64,000 nucleotides of DNA from positions 992,001 to 1,056,000 of the forward strand of contig OZ224045.1 in NCBI GenBank assembly GCA_963665325.3, in the 5' to 3' direction. The notes under the pieces are model-generated. The model searched no databases. It was not told the DNA's origin and was given only the letters and a program-made list of their open reading frames with translations. The DNA comes from Alphaproteobacteria bacterium. Its GTDB lineage: Bacteria; Pseudomonadota; Alphaproteobacteria; Bin95. Numbering within the stretch: position 1 is the stretch's first letter; each line of letters starts with the position of its first letter. This document shows, piece by piece, positions 56,809 through 64,000 of the stretch. Position numbers and translations under genes: made by a program.

Positions 56809-58131
56809 CTAAAACAACGCCCCGTAAGTATCCAGAATGTCTTCGAACGCCGCCGTCAGGCCGTCGAATTCGTCGGGGCCCATGGGGAGGGAGAGGACCA
56901 TCATGCCGCGGCGCGACACATAATGCGCGCGGGCCATCATCTCCAGGTGGAAGAGGGCGCGCGCTTCCTTCGGCGCGGCGTCGGTGTCGGCCGGACCGGT
57001 GAGATCGGCATCGGTCGGGTGGAACATCATCATCGAGCCGTAGCCGGTGACTTGCGCGGGCAGGTTGCGGGCCTCGATGGCGCCGTTGAGGCGCTGGCGC
57101 AACAGGTCGCCCTCTGCATTGATCTCCACGGCAGCCTGCTCGGTGAACACCTCGCTCATACCCGCGATGGCCGCCTGCATGGTCAGCACATTGTTGTTGA
57201 AGGTGCCGGCATGGCCGAAATGCCCGGCCTCGCGCGGGTCGAAGCGCGACATCACCTCCGCCTTGCCGCCGAACGCGCCGAAGGTGAGCCCGCCGCCGAT
57301 ATACTTGCCGAAGGAGGTCATGTCCGGCGTGATGCCATGCTCCTTCTGCAGGCCGCCGGGGCCGAGGCGGGAGGTCATCACCTCGTCGAACTGCAGGATG
57401 ATGCCGTGCTCGTCGGCCGCATCGCGCAGCATCTGCAGGAACTCGGGCTCGGCCGGGATGCAACCGCCGCTGCCGGTCATCGGTTCGATGATGATGGCGG
57501 CAAGCCTGTCCTTGTTTTCCTCGATAAGCTCGCGCGTGCCCTCCATGTCGTTGTAGCGGCCCATCACCCAGTCGAAAGGCACGTTCATCCGGTTCCCGTA
57601 GGCGCCGAAGGAGAGCACGCTGCCATGGTAGCTGCCCTCGAAGGCGAGCAGAGCCGTTCGCCCGGTGAAGGCGCGCGCCGCGCTCAGCGCCATCAGGTTC
57701 GCCTCGGTGCCGGAGTTGGTGAAGCGCACCATGTCGAGCGAGGGAAAGCGCTCGCACATGATCTCCGCCAGCCGGCCCTCGCGCGGCGTCGGCCCGCCGA
57801 GCGTAATGCCCTGTGCGAGCGCGGAGGAGATGGCGCGCTGGATCGCGGGCTCCGAATGGCCGTAAATGCCAGCCGTCTGCTCTACGACGAAATCCGCATA
57901 GCGGTGGCCGTCCGCGTCCTCGACATAGCAGCTGTCGCCGCGCGCGAGCGAGACCGGGAAGGGCGGGTAGTAGAGCACGGTGCGGGTGTTGCCGCCGGGC
58001 ATGGCGCGGCAGGCCTGCTCGTAAAGGCCGGCGCTGGTCGGGTTGGCCTCGGCGAAGCGGGCCTCCGCGTCCTCAAGGGCGGCAGTCAGGTCGAAATTGG
58101 TGCGTTCGACGGGTGTGTCCGGCATGGGCAT
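56809..58131 (-). CDS. class III PLP aminotransferase (GSA-aminomutase-like / beta-amino acid transaminase-like)
   Basis: MPGGNTR, TAGIYGHS, RFTNSGTEAN, FDEVMTSR, SFGKYIGGG, HAGTFNNN. Confidence 0.9.
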   Translation of the reverse strand: MPMPDTPVERTNFDLTAALEDAEARFAEANPTSAGLYEQACRAMPGGNTRTVLYYPPFPVSLARGDSCYVEDADGHRYADFVVEQTAGIYGHSEPAIQRAISSALAQGITLGGPTPREGRLAEIMCERFPSLDMVRFTNSGTEANLMALSAARAFTGRTALLAFEGSYHGSVLSFGAYGNRMNVPFDWVMGRYNDMEGTRELIEENKDRLAAIIIEPMTGSGGCIPAEPEFLQMLRDAADEHGIILQFDEVMTSRLGPGGLQKEHGITPDMTSFGKYIGGGLTFGAFGGKAEVMSRFDPREAGHFGHAGTFNNNVLTMQAAIAGMSEVFTEQAAVEINAEGDLLRQRLNGAIEARNLPAQVTGYGSMMMFHPTDADLTGPADTDAAPKEARALFHLEMMARAHYVSRRGMMVLSLPMGPDEFDGLTAAFEDILDTYGALF

Positions 58132-58190
58132 GTCTCCGGGAGTGGGCTGCCGCGACGGGCGGCGGCGCGCATTCAACCCCGTCCGGCGGC

Positions 58191-59063
58191 TCAGGGCAAA
58201 TCGCGCAGGAAACGGATGATGGCGGTGTTGAAGGCGTCGTTGCGGTCGCCGGCGACCATGTGGCCCGCGCCGGAGACATCGACGAAACGCGCATGCGGCA
58301 CGAGGTCGAGGAAGGCGCGCGCCTCGGTCTCTGTCACAAGGTCGCTGCTGCCGCCGCGGACCAGCAGGGTGGGTGTGCGCCGGCGGGCGAGCACGCGCGC
58401 ACAGGCTTCGAGCCGTTCGGGGTCGCGGTCCTCCTGACGCGCGCGGGCATCGGTGACGAAAGCCGGGTCCCAGTGCCAGTACCAGCGGCCGTCCTCGCCG
58501 GCGCGCAGGTTCTTTCGCAGTCCGGAGAGGTCGCGCGGGCGCTTGCGGTTCGGCAGGTAAGCCGCAACCGCGTCGGCGGCCTCCTCAAGCGAGCCGAAGC
58601 CGGTCTCGACATGGGCCTTCATGAAATCGACGACGCGGGCCGCGCCCTCGGGCCGCACGCGGGGTGTGATGTCCACCAGCACGACGGCGCGCAGCACGGG
58701 CTCCGGCGCCTCGCCTTCTGCGATCAGCGAGGCGATGCCGCCGAGCGAGGCGCCGACCGCGACCGGGCGGTCGAGCCGGCGGGCGACCACGCGCAGGTCG
58801 GCGCCAAAATGCTCGATCAGGTAGTGCCCGTCGGGCGAGCGGTCGCTGTCGCCGTGGCCGCGCTGGTCGAGGCTGACGGCCCGCCAGCCGCGCAGCGCCA
58901 GCGCCAGCGCCGCGCCGCCCCAGGCGTGGCGCGTCTGCCCGCCGCCGTGGGCGAGCAGCACGGTCGGGCAATCGTCGTCGCCCAGAATGTCGGCGGCGAG
59001 CGAGAGCCCTTCGCTGCCTTCGAAGCACTGGAAACGCGGCGGGATCGGTCCGGGATCGGTCAT
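58191..59063 (-). CDS. alpha/beta hydrolase
   Basis: HGGGQTRHAW, DQRGHG, GASLGG nucleophile elbow, GAGHMV. Confidence 0.9.
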   Translation of the reverse strand: MTDPGPIPPRFQCFEGSEGLSLAADILGDDDCPTVLLAHGGGQTRHAWGGAALALALRGWRAVSLDQRGHGDSDRSPDGHYLIEHFGADLRVVARRLDRPVAVGASLGGIASLIAEGEAPEPVLRAVVLVDITPRVRPEGAARVVDFMKAHVETGFGSLEEAADAVAAYLPNRKRPRDLSGLRKNLRAGEDGRWYWHWDPAFVTDARARQEDRDPERLEACARVLARRRTPTLLVRGGSSDLVTETEARAFLDLVPHARFVDVSGAGHMVAGDRNDAFNTAIIRFLRDLP

Positions 59064-59100
59064 CGGGATTCGTCTCGGTGTCTGTGGAGTCCTGCGGCCG

Positions 59101-59592
59101 TCATCCGGCCCGCAGCGGAGCGAGCGCCTGGCGGAGCGCATCCGCCACCTCGACGCGCTCGTAAGGCGCCAGGAAGGCGCCGACGGTCTCGCGCTGGCCG
59201 TGCGTCGCCAGGGTCAGCGGCCCCGGCCGCTCGCCGCTCCGGTCGATCTCGACCCGGAGCCACCAAGGCGGCAGGCGAACCTGCTCCACCCTGCCGGCGG
59301 GGTTCGCCCGCTCCACCGTCAGCGCGTCGGGGGTGAGCCGGAGCCGTTCCCATTGCCGGCCCTGGCGGTAGTTTGCATGGAAGCACCAGGCGAGCAGCGC
59401 GATATCGAGGCCGAAGAACCCGAGCACCGGCCAAGCGCCGAGCGCGAGGAACGCGATGCCGGCCGCCAAGCCGACCGCGGAAAGCGCGCCGATCAGAAGC
59501 CGGAAGCCGGCAGGTGACAGGGACCGGTGCGGCGTGAGCATCGCGTCGAACAGCACGGGGCCGCTCCCGGGCGAGGGCCTGGTGCCGGTCAA
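59101..59592 (-). CDS. DUF2244 family membrane protein
   Basis: LTPHRSLS..GF, GAWPVLGFFGLD, GAFL...ER; TTG start overlapping gloB stop is assumed. Confidence 0.8.
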   Translation of the reverse strand: MTGTRPSPGSGPVLFDAMLTPHRSLSPAGFRLLIGALSAVGLAAGIAFLALGAWPVLGFFGLDIALLAWCFHANYRQGRQWERLRLTPDALTVERANPAGRVEQVRLPPWWLRVEIDRSGERPGPLTLATHGQRETVGAFLAPYERVEVADALRQALAPLRAG

Positions 59593-60353
59593 AAAGTGTC
59601 CTTGCGGCGGCGAATTTCGGCGAAGACGGCCTCGGGCGCCTCGCCTTCCATGCCGACAAGGCGCTGCATGGCCGGGTCGTCGGCGCGCAGGAAGGGGTTG
59701 GCGACCTTCTCCTCGCCGAGCTCGGAGGGGACGGTGCGCTCGCCGCGAGAGCGAAGGTCGTCGATGCGTCGGGAGGCGGCCTTGAGCGCCTCGTTGTCCG
59801 GGTCCACCGAGAGGGCGAAACGCGCATTGGACTGGGTGTACTCGTGCCCGCAAAAGACGCGCGTGTCGTCGGGCAGGGCGCGCAGCTTGCCGAGCGAGGA
59901 CCAGAACTGCTCCGCCGTGCCCTCGAACATCCGCCCGCAGCCGAGCGCGAACAGCGTGTCGCCGCAGAAGAGCGCGCGGCTCCCCTCGAACCAGAATGCA
60001 ATATGGCCGCTGGTGTGGCCCGGCACGTCGAACACCCGCGCGGTCTGCGAGCCGACTGTGTAGGTGTCGCCGTCGCCGACCTCGACATCGAGGCCCGGAA
60101 TGCGCGCCGCATCTGCCCTCGGGCCGATCACCGGCGCGCCGTAGCGCTCCACCAGTTCCGCATTGCCGCCGATATGGTCCAGATGGTGGTGCGTGTTGAG
60201 GATATGGGTAAGCCTGAGGCCGCGCCGCTCCAGTGCCGCGAGCACGGGCGCGGCCTCGGCCGGGTCCACCACGGCGGTCGCGCCGGCGGCGGCATCGTGG
60301 GCGATATAGACGTAATTGTCCGACAGCGCGGGGACGATCTCGATCTCGAACAT
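59589..60353 (-). CDS. gloB: hydroxyacylglutathione hydrolase (glyoxalase II)
   Basis: DNYVY, THHHLDHIGG, PGHTSGH, GDTLF..GCGR, CGHEYT, NPFLR. Confidence 0.95.
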   Translation of the reverse strand: MFEIEIVPALSDNYVYIAHDAAAGATAVVDPAEAAPVLAALERRGLRLTHILNTHHHLDHIGGNAELVERYGAPVIGPRADAARIPGLDVEVGDGDTYTVGSQTARVFDVPGHTSGHIAFWFEGSRALFCGDTLFALGCGRMFEGTAEQFWSSLGKLRALPDDTRVFCGHEYTQSNARFALSVDPDNEALKAASRRIDDLRSRGERTVPSELGEEKVANPFLRADDPAMQRLVGMEGEAPEAVFAEIRRRKDTF

Positions 60354-60488
60354 GGGCGGGCAGCACCTCCGGCACAGGGTCAACCGATGCTAATGGGAAA
60401 ACCTCGGCGGCGGAAGAACTTCGATGCCTTGCGGACCGCTTTGCCGCAGCCTCGTGACGGCGGGTCCGGGCTGGGTTATGGAGGTGCA

Positions 60489-61136
60489 ATGATGCTCCGC
60501 CTTGCCCTTGCCGCCGCCGCCCTCCTGGCGGCCCTGCCGCTCAGGGCGGAGCCGCTGGTGGTGGGTCGCTTTTCGTCCGGCGACACGGAAGGCTGGCAGC
60601 TCCGCCATTTCGAGGGTGAGACGCGCTACCGGATCGTGAAGGCCGGGGGGTCGAAGGTGCTGGAAGCCGAGAGCGAGGCTGCAGCGTCGAGCCTCTATCT
60701 CGAAAGGGAAATCGACCTTGCCGAGCGCCCGGTGCTGGAGTGGCGCTGGAAGGTCGAGGCGCCGCTCGCGGTGGCGGACGAGCGCGTCAAGGCGGGCGAC
60801 GATTTCGCCGCTCGGGTCTATGTTGTGGCACCGGGCGAGGGGCTGTTCGCGCTGCCGATCGCGATTTCCTATGTCTGGTCGGGCGGGGCGCCCGTCGGCG
60901 CGGACTGGCCCAACCCGTTCACTTCCAAGGTGCGCATGGTGGCCGTCGAATCCGGCCCGGCCCATGCCGGCGAATGGCGCAGCTACCGGCGCAATCTCCG
61001 CGAGGACTTCCGCCGCCTGTTCGGCCGCGAGGTGGAGGAGCTGGAGGGTGTGGCCGTGATGACAGACGCCGACAACAGCGGCCAGCGCGCCCGCGCCTGG
61101 TACGGCGATATCCTGCTGCGCGGGCAGGGCGGCTGA
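60489..61136 (+). CDS. DUF3047 family exported protein
   Basis: signal peptide; LEWRWKV, GDDFAARVYV, ISYVWS, VMTDADNS. Confidence 0.82.
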   Translation: MMLRLALAAAALLAALPLRAEPLVVGRFSSGDTEGWQLRHFEGETRYRIVKAGGSKVLEAESEAAASSLYLEREIDLAERPVLEWRWKVEAPLAVADERVKAGDDFAARVYVVAPGEGLFALPIAISYVWSGGAPVGADWPNPFTSKVRMVAVESGPAHAGEWRSYRRNLREDFRRLFGREVEELEGVAVMTDADNSGQRARAWYGDILLRGQGG

Positions 61137-61145
61137 GGGCGGGCT

Positions 61146-62350
61146 TCAGCGCCCCATGAGGCCTTCGAGGCGCAGGCGGAGCGCGTTCAGCTTGATGAAG
61201 CCCTCGGCGTCGCGCTGGTCGTAAACCGTGTCTTCCTCGAAGGTGGCGAAGCCCTCATGGTAGATGGAGTTGGGCGACTGCCTGCCCACAACCCAGCAGG
61301 CGCCCTTGAAGAGCTTCACCCTGACCCGGCCCGCCACCCGATCCTGGCTCGCGTCGATGGCCGCCTGCAGCATGCGCCGCTCGGGCGAGAACCAGAAGCC
61401 GTTGTAGATCAGCTCGGCATAGCGTGGCATGAGCTCATCCTTGAGGTGCGCCGCGCCCCGGTCGAGCACGACGCTCTCCAGCCCGCGCCGGGCCGCCAGT
61501 AAGAGCGTGCCGCCGGGCGTCTCGTAGACGCCGCGCGACTTCATGCCGACGAAGCGGTTTTCCACCAGGTCGAGCCGGCCGACGCCGTGCCGGCCGGCGA
61601 TCTCGTTGAGCCGCTCCAGCAGCGAGGCCGGTGAGAGCCGCGCGCCGTCCACCGCCACCGGGTCGCCCCGCTCGAAGTCGATCTCGACATATTCGGGCTC
61701 GTCGGGCGCGGCCGCCGGCGAGACGGTGCGGGTGAACATCTCCTCATCGGGCTCGACCCAAGGGTCCTCCAGCGCCCGGCCTTCATAGGAGATGTGCAGG
61801 AGGTTCGCGTCGGTGGAGTAGGGCGGCTCACCCCGCTTGCCGCGCGCAATGGGGATCTGGTGCGCCTCGGCGTAGGCGATCAGCCGGTTGCGGGAGCCGA
61901 GTTTCCATTCTCGCCAGGGCGCGATCACCCGGATGCGCGGCTCCAGCGCATAGTAGGCAAGCTCGAAGCGAACCTGGTCGTTGCCCTTGCCGGTCGCGCC
62001 GTGCGAGACGGCGTCCGCCCCGGTCTCGCGGGCGATCTCGATCTGGCGCCTGGCGATCAGCGGGCGGGCGATCGAGGTGCCGAGCAGGTATTGCCCCTCA
62101 TAGAGCGCGTTGGCGCGGAACATCGGGAAGACGAAATCGCGCACGAACTCCTCGCGCAGATCGTCGATATAAATCTGCCGCACGCCCATCGTTTCGGCCT
62201 TGGCGCGGGCCGGCTCAACCTCCTCGCCCTGGCCGAGATCGGCGGTGAAGGTCACGACCTCGCAGCGATAGTGCTCCTGCAGCCAGCGGAGGATGACGGA
62301 GGTGTCGAGGCCGCCGGAATAGGCGAGCACCACCCGCTTGACCTCGCCGC

Positions 62351-62354
<4 letters not shown>
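61146..62354 (-). CDS. argG: argininosuccinate synthase
   Basis: [35 protein letters not shown]. Confidence 0.98.
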
Positions 62355-63483
<1,129 letters not shown>

Positions 63484-63496
<13 letters not shown>

Positions 63497-63993
63497 GCCC
63501 TGGTGATCGCCTTGTAAGCGGCGGTAAAGCCCTTGAGCGAATAGCTGTCGGAGACCACCGTGCCGCGCGCGGAGGTGGCGGTAAAGACCATGGTGCTGCC
63601 GGCCTTCATCGCTTCCACCACGGGGGCGTTCTTCTGGTCGACCACCCAGGCGGAACTGTCCTTCACGAAGAAGCGGAAATCCTGCGTCTTCTTCTTCACC
63701 GTGACCCGCGCGCGGGGCCGGCTGCTCGGCTTGAGCGGATAGCCGACCTCGACATGGATCTCGCCCTTGAGCGAGCGGCCCGGGAAATGCGCCACCTGGA
63801 AGAAGGCCGGGTCGCGATTGATGCCCTTGGGCTTGTGGCTCTTGGGGTTGGAGGCGATGTAGCAGATCTTTTCCTTGCCCGACCCGTACACGTAAGCCAC
63901 CCAGTCATGGTGCGCGGACAGGCGCTTCGGCTCCTGGGCCGTGGCCGGAAGAGCCACCAGCATCGACAAAACAATTAGCGCACGCGCCGACAT
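63484..63993 (-). CDS. invasion-associated locus B (IalB) family exported protein
   Basis: signal peptide, [22 protein letters not shown]...C; usual position upstream of rlmN in Alphaproteobacteria. Confidence 0.78.
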
Positions 63994-64000
63994 TCTCGAC

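Noticed and set aside
56197-58437. 746-aa plus-strand ORF
   Set aside because: BrnT fragment reading into the antisense shadow of the aminotransferase; not a coherent protein.

Overview
High-GC alphaproteobacterial chromosomal window; the gene order ialB-rlmN-argG, secY-adk-rpsM-rpsK-rpoA-rplQ without rpsD/rpmJ, and the presence of dsyB suggest a marine Rhodospirillales-like organism. 1-21.3 kb is the 3' part of rpoC plus the str/S10/spc/alpha ribosomal superoperon, with a 1-nt frameshift in secY and a tuf gene of aberrant composition. 21.3-41.4 kb is an accessory metabolic block: EamA-GGT-mgsABC-(Uma2)-gmaS (N-methylglutamate methylamine pathway), a CoA-transferase/TfdA/rhodanese set, a C-P lyase operon phnGHIJKLM-HD-phnN with a Pho-box-like repeat, and a DsyB-like DMSP-synthesis methyltransferase. 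Next come ctaA, a 1147-aa GltD/NfnB-like + PyrK/NfnA-like fusion oxidoreductase, and CIRCE/RpoH-controlled groESL. A small island at the 3' end of tRNA-Pro(TGG) holds an IS5 remnant and a HEPN protein, and an orphan IS630 HTH gene lies upstream of the tRNA. The main hidden feature is two ORFs (52080-52841 and 52842-53207) that appear to be one AhpD/CMD-like selenoprotein, with CxxU at an in-frame UGA followed by a SECIS-like hairpin. The window ends with hyuB-like, FAD oxidoreductase, decayed brnTA, transaminase, hydrolase, DUF2244, gloB, DUF3047, argG, rlmN and ialB genes. All family assignments are from motif recognition by eye; no searches were run.
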